The translations under genes and the position numbers were made by a program. Positions 26,247-35,782 of a DNA stretch of 64,000 nt are shown in pieces. The DNA is taken from assembly GCA_034420475.1 (NCBI GenBank), contig DAOULH010000042.1, forward strand, positions 9,187-73,186, given 5' to 3'. Each line of letters starts with the position of its first letter. Positions within the stretch are counted from its first letter, which is position 1. The DNA comes from Dehalococcoidia bacterium. Its GTDB lineage: Bacteria; Chloroflexota; Dehalococcoidia; Lucifugimonadales; UBA3495. A model generated the notes under the pieces. That model had not been told where the DNA came from. It ran no database searches and worked only from the letters and a program-made list of their open reading frames with translations.

Positions 26247-27328
26247 GGGGCGGACAGTCTGTCGCTCCGGTATTCCGGGCTCGGCCGGCCTCCAAACTCA
26301 TTCGTTTCCCACAGTTGCCCCAGGCTGTAATCCTCCAGCCACACTTCCAACCTCTCGGGGTCAAGCCGCTCGAACCTGGCTTCCCCATTCACCCGGTTGG
26401 CCACGATAACGTCTTCCGGCTCAAAGTGGTCCAATAACCTTGGGGATTGGGTGGCCATGATTACCTGACCGTACACTGCCGCCTTCTTGACCATGGCGGC
26501 CAGCATGGTAACCGCGTATGGATGCAGCCCCAACTCCGGCTCGTCCAGCAGGATCACCGAAGGCCGCAGCAGTTTCGGCTGCAACAGCAGGGTCGTCAAG
26601 GCGATGAATCGCAGCGTGCCGTCGGATAAGGACGCTGCGTTGAAGTAAGCGTCAGACCCTTTGTGCCGCCATTCGAGGAGGATCGTGTCCGGGTTCAACG
26701 CCTGCGGCTCAAGCTTGAAATCGTCAAAAAACGGCGCCACCAACCTGACCGTTCGCCTGATTTGCTCGTAGGAAAACGAATGCTTGCTCCGCAGCAAGTA
26801 CAGAAACGCGGCCAAGTTAGAACCATCAGGACGCAGGAAACGATTATCGTGCAAATCAGCCGTCTTCTTCATCGGCGACGCCCGGCTCGTATCGTGGAAA
26901 TGGTACGAAACCCACGGGTCAACATTGATAAAATCCCGTATCAGCGCCGGAGTGTCGTCTGAATTCAGTCCAGGTAGCGACGTCGGCCACTTACTACAGG
27001 CCTGTTCAACTAATGCCAGACGATCATCAAAATACATCGGCTCCAGCGTTAGCCGGTACCAATTCTTGTCGTCGAAAGCAATGACGATATTGATGTCCTC
27101 CGTGATGCGTGAACCAAAATGGAGCACACGTTCCGCTCCCCCAGCCTGCACCGTGAAATAGCCTAGCCTACCGGCAACCACTTCGCGCACCAGCGAGAAC
27201 ACCTCAAGGAAGTTTGACTTGCCCGACCCATTGGCCCCGATAAGCACGTTGATGGGGTTCAGTTTCAGCCGATCAACGGCCTTGATGCTCTTGAAACCTC
27301 TGATCGTGATGTTATCCAGTGTCGGCAT
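26243..27328 (-). CDS. ABC/SMC-like AAA ATPase (AAA_21-type), 361 aa
   Basis: Walker A GANGSGKSN, signature-like SLSDGTLRF, Walker B ILLDEPELGLHP, then ATQSP. The start is MPTLDN at 27328. The track ORF extension to 27901 overlaps the SDR gene. Confidence 0.8.
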   Translation of the reverse strand: MPTLDNITIRGFKSIKAVDRLKLNPINVLIGANGSGKSNFLEVFSLVREVVAGRLGYFTVQAGGAERVLHFGSRITEDINIVIAFDDKNWYRLTLEPMYFDDRLALVEQACSKWPTSLPGLNSDDTPALIRDFINVDPWVSYHFHDTSRASPMKKTADLHDNRFLRPDGSNLAAFLYLLRSKHSFSYEQIRRTVRLVAPFFDDFKLEPQALNPDTILLEWRHKGSDAYFNAASLSDGTLRFIALTTLLLQPKLLRPSVILLDEPELGLHPYAVTMLAAMVKKAAVYGQVIMATQSPRLLDHFEPEDVIVANRVNGEARFERLDPERLEVWLEDYSLGQLWETNEFGGRPSPEYRSDRLSAP

Positions 27329-27342
27329 GGTTGCACCGCCAG

Positions 27343-28125
27343 TCACGGATGCGCGTTCAACCCGCCGTCGATGTACACGGGTTGGCCGGAGGGATAGTCG
27401 CAGTGGGGGGAGCAGAGGTACACCAGCATGGCCGCGAGGTCGCGGGGGTGGCCTTTGCGACGCATGGGGGTATAGCGGACGAGGAGTTCTTCGCGTTGGG
27501 TTTCCAGGGGGATGTCCTCGGCGGTTGACCAGCCAGAGCCGACGGCGTTGACGCGGATCTCGCTGCGGCCCCATTCGACGGCCAGGGAGCGGGTGAGGGA
27601 CAGAACGGCCGCCTGGGTGGCGCTGTAGGCGGAGCAGTTGATGACCGCGCGCTCCGCCAGGTTGGAGATGACGTTCACGATCCGGCCGTACTGCTGGTCC
27701 AGCATCCGTTGACCCACGGCCTGGCTGAGCATGAAGGTGGCGCGGACGTTGCGGGCGTGAAGCTCGTCCCACTCGGCGAGGTCTATTTCGGCGGCGGGCT
27801 TGGCGAAAAAGCTGCGCGTGTCGTTGACCAGGATGTCGACCCGGGGATGCGTGGTAGCGAAGGCATTGACAACCGCAGAGGCTCCGTCCGGCGTGTCCCA
27901 ACGTCCCACGTGGCGGCCGGTGTCATGGCCGGAGACGGCGGTCACGGCAGCGGCGATGGCGTCGGCAGCGGGTTGGTGGCGAGCCACGGCGAACACCGCT
28001 GCGCCGGCCTCGGCCAGGGCCGCGGCCAGGAAGGACGACTCATCGCCCCCGGCTGAGGCGACGATGGCGGTGTAGCCGGAAAGGCTGAACTCGGATGGAA
28101 GGCGGGCCTGGGACGGGATTGCCAC
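27343..28125 (-). CDS. SDR-family oxidoreductase
   Basis: Rossmann N-terminus and YSATQAAV (YxxxK-type region, K replaced). GTG start. Confidence 0.7.
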   Translation of the reverse strand: MAIPSQARLPSEFSLSGYTAIVASAGGDESSFLAAALAEAGAAVFAVARHQPAADAIAAAVTAVSGHDTGRHVGRWDTPDGASAVVNAFATTHPRVDILVNDTRSFFAKPAAEIDLAEWDELHARNVRATFMLSQAVGQRMLDQQYGRIVNVISNLAERAVINCSAYSATQAAVLSLTRSLAVEWGRSEIRVNAVGSGWSTAEDIPLETQREELLVRYTPMRRKGHPRDLAAMLVYLCSPHCDYPSGQPVYIDGGLNAHP

Positions 28126-28148
28126 GTCGCTACGCTCCTCGCAATGAC
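28115..28148. repeat. R2-family half element (GGGATTGCCACGTCGCTACGCTCCTCGCAATGAC)
   Basis: Same terminal words as the R2 inner arm. It overlaps the SDR start codon. Confidence 0.6.
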
Positions 28149-28182
28149 GGATGGATAATGGCTTTCAAGTGGAGATGACGGG

Positions 28183-28992
28183 TTACGGTTCCAGCGCGGC
28201 GACGGGCGCGTGGCCGGTGGGCGTGATGCCGGCGGCCAGGCCGGCGCCGTCGAGGATAAACATCTCGCCGGTCATGTAGTCGGAGGCATCGGAGGCCAGG
28301 AACACGGCGATGGGACCGAGGTCCTCGGGCTTGCCGAGCTTGCCGGTGGGCAGGAAGTCGCCCGATTGGGGCAGGGTGCGATTGATCTCGGCGCTGGGGT
28401 CAATGGTGGGAATGAAGCCGGGTACGATGCTGTTGGCGGTGATGCCGTAACGGGCCAGGCTGAAGGACAGGACGCGCGTCAACTGGATCACGCCGCCCTT
28501 GGAGGTGCAGTACATGTAGATGTCGCGGCCGCCGCGCAGCCCGAAGCCCGAGGCCACGTTGACGATCTTCCCCTTGCCGGCGTCGGCCATGGGCTTGGCG
28601 GCGGCGCGCGCGCAATAGAAAGCGCCGGACAGGTTGACGGACATTGCCGTCTCCCAATCGTCGTCGGTGATCTCCCAGATGGGTTTGAGGACGTTGTCGG
28701 CAACCATCGCGGCGTTGTTGATGAGCACGTCCACCCGGCCGAAACGGGACATCGCGGCGTCGATCAGCGCGTCGGCATCTGAGGATTTGGAAACGTCGGT
28801 GGGAACGGCGATGGCGTCCTGGCCGGCGGCGATCACCTCGTCGCGAGCCGCCTCAATGGGGCCGGGACGGCGCCCGGCGATGGCGAGGTTGGCGCCGGAC
28901 CGGGTGAGGGCGCGCACCATTTCGAGGCCGAGGCCAGTCCCGCCGCCGGTGATGACGACGACTTTGCCGTCAAGGTACAGGTTTTCAAGCAT
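28183..28992 (-). CDS. SDR-family oxidoreductase (FabG-like)
   Basis: VVVITGGGTGLG, NNAA, YCTSKGG (YxxxK). The start is taken at MLENLY (28992). Confidence 0.8.
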   Translation of the reverse strand: MLENLYLDGKVVVITGGGTGLGLEMVRALTRSGANLAIAGRRPGPIEAARDEVIAAGQDAIAVPTDVSKSSDADALIDAAMSRFGRVDVLINNAAMVADNVLKPIWEITDDDWETAMSVNLSGAFYCARAAAKPMADAGKGKIVNVASGFGLRGGRDIYMYCTSKGGVIQLTRVLSFSLARYGITANSIVPGFIPTIDPSAEINRTLPQSGDFLPTGKLGKPEDLGPIAVFLASDASDYMTGEMFILDGAGLAAGITPTGHAPVAALEP

Positions 28993-29788
28993 TGTGTGCG
29001 GGCACTCCTGAGGCTGCACGGAGGGTAATGTCTCCGGCGGTGAGGGTCAACAGCTCGCCGGTGTCAGTGCGCAGCAGGAGATTGCCGTGCTCGTCGATGT
29101 CCTCGGCCAAGCCGGTGTCGTTTGCACCATGGTGGGTGACGGTGACGCGCTGGCCCAGGGTGTCCAGCCAGCGGCGCCACTCCGCGATGGGCGAGCGACC
29201 ACGCTTCAAATCCAGGTACAGAGCGTCCATGTGCTGGAGGATGCGACGGAGTAGTTCGGCGCGGTCGATTTCGGATCCGGAAGCGTGGTTCAGACTGGTG
29301 GCGGTGGCGGAGATTTCGGGATCAGCAGAGACGTCCAGGGCGACGTTGACCCCGATGCCGACGATGGCGTGATTGACGTGAGCGCCCGACAGGGCACTCT
29401 CGGCGAGGATGCCAGCGACCTTGCGGCCGTCGATCATGATGTCGTTGGGCCACTTGATGGACGGGTGGAGTCCGGCAACCTGACGGATCGACCGGGCCAC
29501 GGCCACGCCGGCCAGGGGGCTGAGCAGGGGCAAGGCGTCGGGTTCCGGGCGGAAGAGAGCAGAGAAGTAGAGGTTGCCCTCGTCGGATATCCACCGCCGG
29601 CCCAGGCGTCCCCGGCTGGCGGTCTGAGTCTCGGCGACGACAACGGCGCCCTCATCCGCGCCGTCACGAGCCCATTGGGCGGCATCGTCCATGGTGGACC
29701 CGGTGGACTGGTAGAAGCGCACGCTCCGGCCGACTACGGCGGTATAGAGGCCGGAGCGGAGCATTCGGGCAACGATGGAGGGGGGCAT
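28985..29788 (-). CDS. birA: Biotin--[acetyl-CoA-carboxylase] ligase
   Basis: TASRGRLGRRW (GRGRxGRxW-type), KWPNDI, GIGVNV. Confidence 0.85.
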   Translation of the reverse strand: MPPSIVARMLRSGLYTAVVGRSVRFYQSTGSTMDDAAQWARDGADEGAVVVAETQTASRGRLGRRWISDEGNLYFSALFRPEPDALPLLSPLAGVAVARSIRQVAGLHPSIKWPNDIMIDGRKVAGILAESALSGAHVNHAIVGIGVNVALDVSADPEISATATSLNHASGSEIDRAELLRRILQHMDALYLDLKRGRSPIAEWRRWLDTLGQRVTVTHHGANDTGLAEDIDEHGNLLLRTDTGELLTLTAGDITLRAASGVPAHNA

Positions 29789-29815
29789 CGCTCAGGTTGA
29801 ACCTAACCAGCGGCT

Positions 29816-30265
29816 TCAGATCGCCTCAACCCAATCGGTGAATGACACACCGCCCGTGTATTCATCGGGGAGCAGCTCCCAGAGGATTTCCAACAAGGGG
29901 CACACCTTCTCCAGGGCCAATGCTGCGCGGTACGGGGTCATATAGACCTCGTAGAAATTACCATGCAATTGCTCGGCTGCACCTAGACCATCGTAGATAA
30001 CGTCGATATGCGCCGGCGACTCTTCAGCCAGAGCAGTCAACGCTTCCTGGATGGCCACGTGATCGTAGTGCTGCCAGCCGCGTAGCGTCGCAACCGCTTT
30101 AGTGAGTTGAGCCACGGTACCCCAGCCCTTTTCGCCGGCCTGGCACAGGTCCCCCTCAGCGAGGTGGGCCGGCCACTTGGACCAGTAGTCCCGGGCCTGC
30201 TCCAGATGCTTACGAATGCGAGCGTCCCGGCGGGCCGGAGGTTCGCGACGTGTTCGAGGCGGCAT
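29816..30265 (-). CDS. PaREP1-like helical protein (149 aa), tandem copy B
   Basis: AGEKGWGTVAQLTKAVA and LHGNFYE motifs. The first ~70 aa are near-identical to 30408-30857. The start is MPPRTRR at 30265. Confidence 0.6.
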   Translation of the reverse strand: MPPRTRREPPARRDARIRKHLEQARDYWSKWPAHLAEGDLCQAGEKGWGTVAQLTKAVATLRGWQHYDHVAIQEALTALAEESPAHIDVIYDGLGAAEQLHGNFYEVYMTPYRAALALEKVCPLLEILWELLPDEYTGGVSFTDWVEAI

Positions 30266-30284
30266 GGTGGTCTCCGGTCTTTGC

Positions 30285-30347
30285 TTACCAACCGTGGTCG
30301 TAGCGGTCCTGGAGGACGTCGAGGAGGCGGGTGACGGGGATGCGCTG
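30285..30347 (-). pseudogene. Duplicated 3-prime fragment of glyQS (last ~20 codons)
   Basis: TTACCAACCGTGGTCGTAGCGGTCCTGGAGGACGTCGAGGAGGCGGGTGACGGGGATGCGCTG mirrors 30876-30940, the true glyQS end ([19 protein letters not shown]). Confidence 0.8.
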
Positions 30348-30407
30348 GCAAAGCATTTGGGCAACGATGAAGGGACGCATGGCTGATACCATCGGCCGGG
30401 TCGTCGG

Positions 30408-30857
30408 TCACCTCTCCCCCACCCACTCCGCGAAGGATACACCGCCGGTGTATTCTCTCGGCAGCATTTCCCAGAGGATGTTCAACAAGGGTTGCACTTC
30501 GCTCAGCGCAAACTCAGTAAGCGCGGCGGTCATGTAAACCTCGTAAAAGTTGCCGTGCAACCTCTCTGCGGCAGCAAGACCCCGTCCTATCTCGGTCATG
30601 CGATCAGGCATTTCGTCTGACAACGCGGTCAACGCTTCCTGGATGGCCACGTGATCGTAGTGCTGCCAGCCGCGCACGGTTGCCACGGCTTTGGTGAGCT
30701 GAGCAACGGTACCCCAGCCCTTTTCGCCGGCCTGGCACAGGTCCCCCTCAGCGAGGTGGGCCGGCCACTTGGACCAGTATTCCCGGGCCTGCTCCAGGTG
30801 CTTGCGGATACGGGCGTTCCGGCGGGCCGGAGGTTCGCGGCGTGTTCGAGGCGGCAT
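30408..30857 (-). CDS. PaREP1-like helical protein (149 aa), tandem copy A
   Basis: Same motifs as copy B. The C-terminal half is diverged. Confidence 0.6.
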   Translation of the reverse strand: MPPRTRREPPARRNARIRKHLEQAREYWSKWPAHLAEGDLCQAGEKGWGTVAQLTKAVATVRGWQHYDHVAIQEALTALSDEMPDRMTEIGRGLAAAERLHGNFYEVYMTAALTEFALSEVQPLLNILWEMLPREYTGGVSFAEWVGER

Positions 30858-30875
30858 GGTGATTTCCTGACCCCT

Positions 30876-32195
30876 CTACCAGCCGTGGTCGTAGCGGTCC
30901 TGGAGGACGTCGAGGAGGCGGGCGATGGGGATGCGCTGCTGGGTCATGGTGTCGCGGTCGCGGATGGTTACGGCGTGGTCGTCCAGGGTGTCGAAGTCGA
31001 CGGTGACGCAGTAGGGGGTGCCGATCTCGTCCTGGCGACGGTAGCGGCGGCCGATGCTCTGGGCATCGTCGAACTGGCAGCGGAAGCGGCGGCGGACCAG
31101 GTCGTAAACGCTGCGGGCGGTGGGAGCCAGGCGGGCGTTGCGGCTCAGGGGCAGGACGGCAACGGTCACCGGAGCCAGGGCCTGATGGAAGTGGAGGACC
31201 GTGCGGGTGTCGTTGCCGTCGGGTTCCTCGTCGTAGCTATCGAGCCAGAACGCGAGGGTGGCGCGGTCGACGCCGCCGGAGGGTTCGATGACGTAGGGCA
31301 GGTAACGCTCGTGGATTTCGTCGTCGAAGTAGGTGAGGTCCTCGCCGCTGAACTCCTTGTGGCGGCCCAGGTCGAAATCGGTGCGATTGGCGATGCCTTC
31401 CAGCTCGCCCCAGCCCCAGGGGAAGCGGTACTCGATGTCGTAGGTGGCCTTGGCGTAGTGGGCCAGTTCGTCGCCGGCGTGTTCGCGGAGGCGCAGGTTG
31501 CCGGGTCGGATGCCGTAGCCGACGTACCAGTCGAAACGGGACTGCACCCATTGTTGCAGCCATTCGTCGTCGGTGCCGGGCTTGACGAAGAACTCGATCT
31601 CCATCTGCTCGAACTCTCGGGTGCGGAAGGTGAAGTTTCCGGGGGTGATCTCGTTGCGGAAGGCTTTGCCGATCTGCGCGATGCCGAAGGGCAGCTTCTT
31701 GCGGGTGGCGGTTTGCACGTTCTGGAAGTTGACGAAGATGCCCTGGGCAGTTTCGGGGCGCAGGAACACCTCGTTGCTGGAGTCCTCCACCGGGCCCATG
31801 AAGGTGCGGAACATGAGGTTGAAACGGCGCGGCTCGGTGAAGTCGCCGCCGCATTCGGGGCACCTGTCGGTTTCGAGCTGGTCCTGGCGGAAGCGCCGGT
31901 GACACTGACGACATTCGACCAGCGGGTCGCTGAAATTCTCCACGTGGCCGCTGGCCTCCCAGACGCGGGGGTGCATCAGGATGGCGGCGTCCAGCCCGAC
32001 CACATCATCGCGCTCGGAAACTACCGAGCGCCACCAGGCCTCCTTGACGTTCCGCTTGAGTTCGACACCGAGGGGGCCATAGTCCCAGGTTGATCCGAGG
32101 CCGCCGTACACCTCGCTGGACTGGAAGACGAAACCCCGTCGCTTGGAAAGGGACAGGACTTTATCCATATCGGCGTAGGGGAGGGTGCGCGGCAT
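30876..32195 (-). CDS. glyQS: Glycine--tRNA ligase (single-chain class II, GlyQS type)
   Basis: [25 protein letters not shown] (motif 2), a zinc-ribbon-like insertion CRQCHRRF...CPECG, and PSGGVDR (motif 3). Confidence 0.9.
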   Translation of the reverse strand: MPRTLPYADMDKVLSLSKRRGFVFQSSEVYGGLGSTWDYGPLGVELKRNVKEAWWRSVVSERDDVVGLDAAILMHPRVWEASGHVENFSDPLVECRQCHRRFRQDQLETDRCPECGGDFTEPRRFNLMFRTFMGPVEDSSNEVFLRPETAQGIFVNFQNVQTATRKKLPFGIAQIGKAFRNEITPGNFTFRTREFEQMEIEFFVKPGTDDEWLQQWVQSRFDWYVGYGIRPGNLRLREHAGDELAHYAKATYDIEYRFPWGWGELEGIANRTDFDLGRHKEFSGEDLTYFDDEIHERYLPYVIEPSGGVDRATLAFWLDSYDEEPDGNDTRTVLHFHQALAPVTVAVLPLSRNARLAPTARSVYDLVRRRFRCQFDDAQSIGRRYRRQDEIGTPYCVTVDFDTLDDHAVTIRDRDTMTQQRIPIARLLDVLQDRYDHGW

Positions 32196-32365
32196 TTTGG
32201 GACCTCGTTTTGGGGATTAGAGTGGAATTATGTTATCACTGCCGGGCCTGATTCAGCCGGGACCGTCGGTCGCGATAGCGGTAGATTCCTGCCGGCGCTG
32301 GAATTACGGTCCACCCGGCGTGACGATCCGCAGCGGCGGCGCTCAGGCGTAGCGACCGAACGGGA

Positions 32366-34555
32366 TCAGGCGGGTGTGAGATCTTCCACCGGGCGCTCGC
32401 CGGGCAGTTCGCGGCGGACGGCGTCGGCCAAGCTCTGGGCCGCCAGGTCGTCGAGCTTGATGTAACGTGCGGACATGGCGTCGGCGATGTTTTTGGCGAG
32501 CTCGAGCTTGATGAAGTCCTGCTCGGTGTCCACCACGACGGCCGGGATTTTGGCGGCGGCAACCGTCTCGCCGAGCTGACGCACCTCATCGGGCAGCGTC
32601 AGGACGTTGGAAGACTGATCGCCGGTGAGGGTGACGTTGGCACGGCCGTCGGACAGCAGCACCAGCAGGGGCAGGACATCCCGGTCCTTCAGTCGCTCGG
32701 TTTCCAGGGTCTCCATGGCGAGATAGAGGGCGCGGGCCAGGGGCGTGCGCCCGCCGGTGGGCATTTCCTGGAGGCACCACTGGGCCATTTCCACGCTGCC
32801 GGTGGGCGGGAGCAAGACCTCGGCGCCCGTGCCCCGAAAGGCGATCAACCCCACCCGGTCGCGGCGCTGGTAGGCATCGAGGAGCAGCGACATCACCGCG
32901 CCCTTGACGGCGACCATGCGACGCTGGGCGCCCATGGAGCCGCTGGCGTCAACGACGAACAGGATCAGGGAGCCGGTGTGGGTCTCGCGGACCTTCTCGC
33001 GGACGTCCCAGGGTTCGATGAGCAGGGCAGCCGCGTCGGCGTCTGACGTTTGGCGCCGGGACTGCTGGTGAGGCGCGGCGGCGCGCAGGGTGGCGTCCAG
33101 GGCGAGGTCGGATGCGTCGCCTTCGGGGACGCGGGCGCCGACGTACCGGCCGGCAGAAGTGCCGCTGACGGTGGTGGCGCGGCGGCCGGCCGATCTCCGG
33201 GCACGGCGGTCCGGGGGTTGAACCTGGAGGTTCTGAACTGCGTACGGATCGCCGATTTCGAACCACTCATCGCCCAGAGCGGAGTCAGCCGGATCCTCGG
33301 CCTGTTCTTCGGGAGGGTCAGGTTCTCTATCGCTATCGGAGTCACCGGGGTCGTCATTGCCGGAATTGTCGTCGGCTGACGGCTCGCGGTCGCGCTGCTG
33401 GTTCTGGAAGTCCTCCAGCATATTGTCCAGCTGCTCGGTGACCAGGTGAGGCTGCTGGAAGGGCTGGCGGCGCTGGCGATGGAGCAGGGCCATCAGGGCG
33501 GCCTCGCGGACGTCTTCAACGTCGACGACGATTCGACCCTCGTAGGCGGCGATGGTGCTGGCAGTCTTGTACATGACGATGTCGCCGCGCAGCCCATCGA
33601 CCTGGTACTCGGCGCAGATGTCGGTGATGAGCTCCAGGATTTCGTCGGGGACGACCACGTCGGCGAGCAGTCGTTGGCTGCTCAACAGGCGCTCGCGTTC
33701 CGCCTGCTCGGCGTCGGCCCAGCCGTCCATGAAGTCGAATGGGCTGGACTCGAAGGCCATGCGGCGGCGGACCACCTCGCGGCGTTCGGCGGGCTCGAAA
33801 ACGCCGTCGACCTCAACCGCCAGTCCGAAGCGGTCAAGCAGCTGCGGGCGGAGGTCGCCTTCCTCGGGGTTCATGGTGCCGACGAGCATGAACTCGGCGT
33901 CGTGGCTGACCGATATGCCCTCGCGTTCCACATAGTTGCGTCCCATGGCGGCGGCGTCCAGCAGCACGTCCACCAGGTGGTCGTTGAGAAGATTCACTTC
34001 GTCGATGTACAGGATGCCGCGGTGAGCGGAGGCGATGAGCCCGGGCTCGAAGTTCTTTTCGCCGGACTTGATGGCCTGCTCGATGTCCAGGGAACCCACG
34101 AGGCGGTCTTCGGTCGCTCCCACGGGCAGGTCAACGATGCGCACCTGGCGGGCGGACGGATTGCCGGATCGACCCGTCTGCTGGCACCATTGGCACACTT
34201 CCTGGGGCGACCCGGGCTGGCAGCTGTAGGGGCAGCCGGGAACCACGGGAACCTGGGGGAGCAGCGCAGCCAGGGAGCGCACAGCCGTGCTCTTGGCGGT
34301 GCCCTTCTTGCCCCGCACCAGCACGCCGCCGATGCGGGGATTGATAGCGTTGAGCAGCAACGCGCGCTTCATCGGCGTCTGGCCGACGATGGCAGTGAAG
34401 GGGAACCTTGGCTCGCGGCCGGCGGGTTGCGTCACGGGATCACCAAAGGGCTGCGGCTCATCAGCCGGCCGTTGCGCGAGCAGGGCCGCCCGCTTGCGGG
34501 TAGGCGTGTACGTCTCGCTCACGATAGTAGCGGTAGCCGATGGTAGCGAAGGCAA
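32366..34555 (-). CDS. ChlI/ChlD-type chelatase ATPase fusion (AAA+ N-terminus, vWA C-terminus), probable CobN partner
   Basis: FPFTAIVGQ..MKRALLL, GKKGTAKST (Walker A), ILYIDEVNLL (Walker B). C-terminal FVVDASGSMG (vWA MIDAS). The start is uncertain: the ATG at 34555 overlaps cbtA by 95 nt, and GTG alternatives exist at 34522 and 34435. Confidence 0.8.
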   Translation of the reverse strand: MPSLPSATATIVSETYTPTRKRAALLAQRPADEPQPFGDPVTQPAGREPRFPFTAIVGQTPMKRALLLNAINPRIGGVLVRGKKGTAKSTAVRSLAALLPQVPVVPGCPYSCQPGSPQEVCQWCQQTGRSGNPSARQVRIVDLPVGATEDRLVGSLDIEQAIKSGEKNFEPGLIASAHRGILYIDEVNLLNDHLVDVLLDAAAMGRNYVEREGISVSHDAEFMLVGTMNPEEGDLRPQLLDRFGLAVEVDGVFEPAERREVVRRRMAFESSPFDFMDGWADAEQAERERLLSSQRLLADVVVPDEILELITDICAEYQVDGLRGDIVMYKTASTIAAYEGRIVVDVEDVREAALMALLHRQRRQPFQQPHLVTEQLDNMLEDFQNQQRDREPSADDNSGNDDPGDSDSDREPDPPEEQAEDPADSALGDEWFEIGDPYAVQNLQVQPPDRRARRSAGRRATTVSGTSAGRYVGARVPEGDASDLALDATLRAAAPHQQSRRQTSDADAAALLIEPWDVREKVRETHTGSLILFVVDASGSMGAQRRMVAVKGAVMSLLLDAYQRRDRVGLIAFRGTGAEVLLPPTGSVEMAQWCLQEMPTGGRTPLARALYLAMETLETERLKDRDVLPLLVLLSDGRANVTLTGDQSSNVLTLPDEVRQLGETVAAAKIPAVVVDTEQDFIKLELAKNIADAMSARYIKLDDLAAQSLADAVRRELPGERPVEDLTPA

Positions 34556-35261
34556 TACCCATCCAGAGGAGCAGGTGCCCGCCGGCGGTGAAGGTGCGGA
34601 ACATTATGGTCAGTTCCTGCGGAAGCCAGGCCGGCGCGGCGTCGCGCACGCTGGGCACGGCAAAGGCCAGCAGGAGCGCCACCACTGCGTAGGCCAACCC
34701 GATGCCGGCGTAGCGAAGCCACCGCCCCGAGCCGGCCGAACTGCGGTTGATCAGGCCCACGCCGTACACGACCAGGCACACCGAAATGGTGGACACCGCG
34801 ATGAAAAGGAACTGGAAACCCTGGCGCGCCAACAGCGTGCCTTCATCACCGATGCCGGGGGGGTTGAGGGGGAACTTGAGCTGGGTGTACATGGACACGC
34901 CCCAGAAACCCAGCAGGCCGGCCACCGCGGCCCAGGCCCACGGGTTCCAGCCCGGCGTGGCGTTGCGCATCAGGTGGTACAGGCCGGTGAACACGGCGGC
35001 GTAGAGGATGCCGATGACGGCCAGGCCGACGCTCATTCCGATGCGCTGACCGCCCAGAGAGATCAGGAAGGACAAGGGCAGCGGTTCCTCATCCTCGGCG
35101 GCGGCCAACTGCTCAGCACAGCCGGCGCGATCAATGTCGCAGCCTTCGAGGGCGATGGCCCATTCCATGACGGGCACGTTGAAGATGTTCATGTAGGCGG
35201 CGACGATCAGGCCTACGATCACGCCCATGACCAGGGCGGTGGGGAGAATGCGCGTCATCAT
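34461..35261 (-). CDS. cbtA: Cobalt transporter subunit CbtA-like membrane protein
   Basis: Multi-TM protein with a KFPLNPPGIGDEGT loop. Located next to cbtB and cobN in a B12-riboswitch operon. Confidence 0.6.
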   Translation of the reverse strand: MMTRILPTALVMGVIVGLIVAAYMNIFNVPVMEWAIALEGCDIDRAGCAEQLAAAEDEEPLPLSFLISLGGQRIGMSVGLAVIGILYAAVFTGLYHLMRNATPGWNPWAWAAVAGLLGFWGVSMYTQLKFPLNPPGIGDEGTLLARQGFQFLFIAVSTISVCLVVYGVGLINRSSAGSGRWLRYAGIGLAYAVVALLLAFAVPSVRDAAPAWLPQELTIMFRTFTAGGHLLLWMGIAFATIGYRYYRERDVHAYPQAGGPARATAG

Positions 35262-35467
35262 TAACCTCCGATGACTATCTGACTGAACGGGTCATCTGGC
35301 CGAGACGGCCAACCGTGACAAAACGGAATCCGGTCAGGCAGATCCACAGCGCACTCCTCCAGACGCTCCGCAGAGCGTTCGCGCGGCGAAACTTGCCGAT
35401 CCGTTCCGGCTTGTGCCGGAAGATTGAGGCGGCCCGGCGTCAAGTCAACGCCGGGCCGGCGTAGAGC

Positions 35468-35668
35468 CTAGTGGCACATGAAGGCGACGTGGCGGGCGTG
35501 GTGGAAGAACTCGTGAACGGTGGTCAGGATGCCCGGGGCGCCGATGGAAGCGGCGTGCACTCCGCCGTCAACGTAACCGACGATGTAGAGGGCCATGGCG
35601 CCGAGGACGAGCCACGGGGCCCATGCGGCGGTATCGGTGGCGGACAGGAAGCGGTTGATCATACCCAT
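35468..35668 (-). CDS. cbtB: Cobalt transporter subunit CbtB-like small membrane protein (66 aa)
   Basis: AGGAG lies 7 nt upstream of the ATG at 35668. One TM segment and a His-rich C-terminus HEFFHHARHVAFMCH. Confidence 0.65.
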   Translation of the reverse strand: MGMINRFLSATDTAAWAPWLVLGAMALYIVGYVDGGVHAASIGAPGILTTVHEFFHHARHVAFMCH

Positions 35669-35782
35669 GTTTTCACTCCTCTTGCTGGGATGGACCTTTT
35701 GAGTCTCATCACGGGGCCATTTTAGTACTCGGCTTCCGCTAGCACAATACCGGCAGTCGCCTAATATTGGTGAATGCACTGA

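Noticed and set aside
27329-27901. N-terminal 190-aa extension of the ATPase ORF (track ORF 26243-27901)
   Set aside because: The extension is Arg/Pro-rich and lies in an alternate frame over the SDR gene 27343-28125. The ATPase domain begins right at MPTLDN (27328).
32196-32365. Possible glycine T-box leader upstream of glyQS (GGGTGGACCGTAA resembles the T-box core)
   Set aside because: Only about 170 nt are available. I found no convincing stem I, specifier (GGC) context, AGAGA/GNUGGA loops or terminator with a U-tract. The match to GGGTGGTACCGCG is imperfect. It would need an Rfam RF00230 scan to revive the idea.
35262-35782. A second cobalamin riboswitch in the gaps flanking cbtB
   Set aside because: I could not find the GCCACTG / AGCCAGGAGACCTGCC blocks. 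Only a generic hairpin is present downstream of cbtB.
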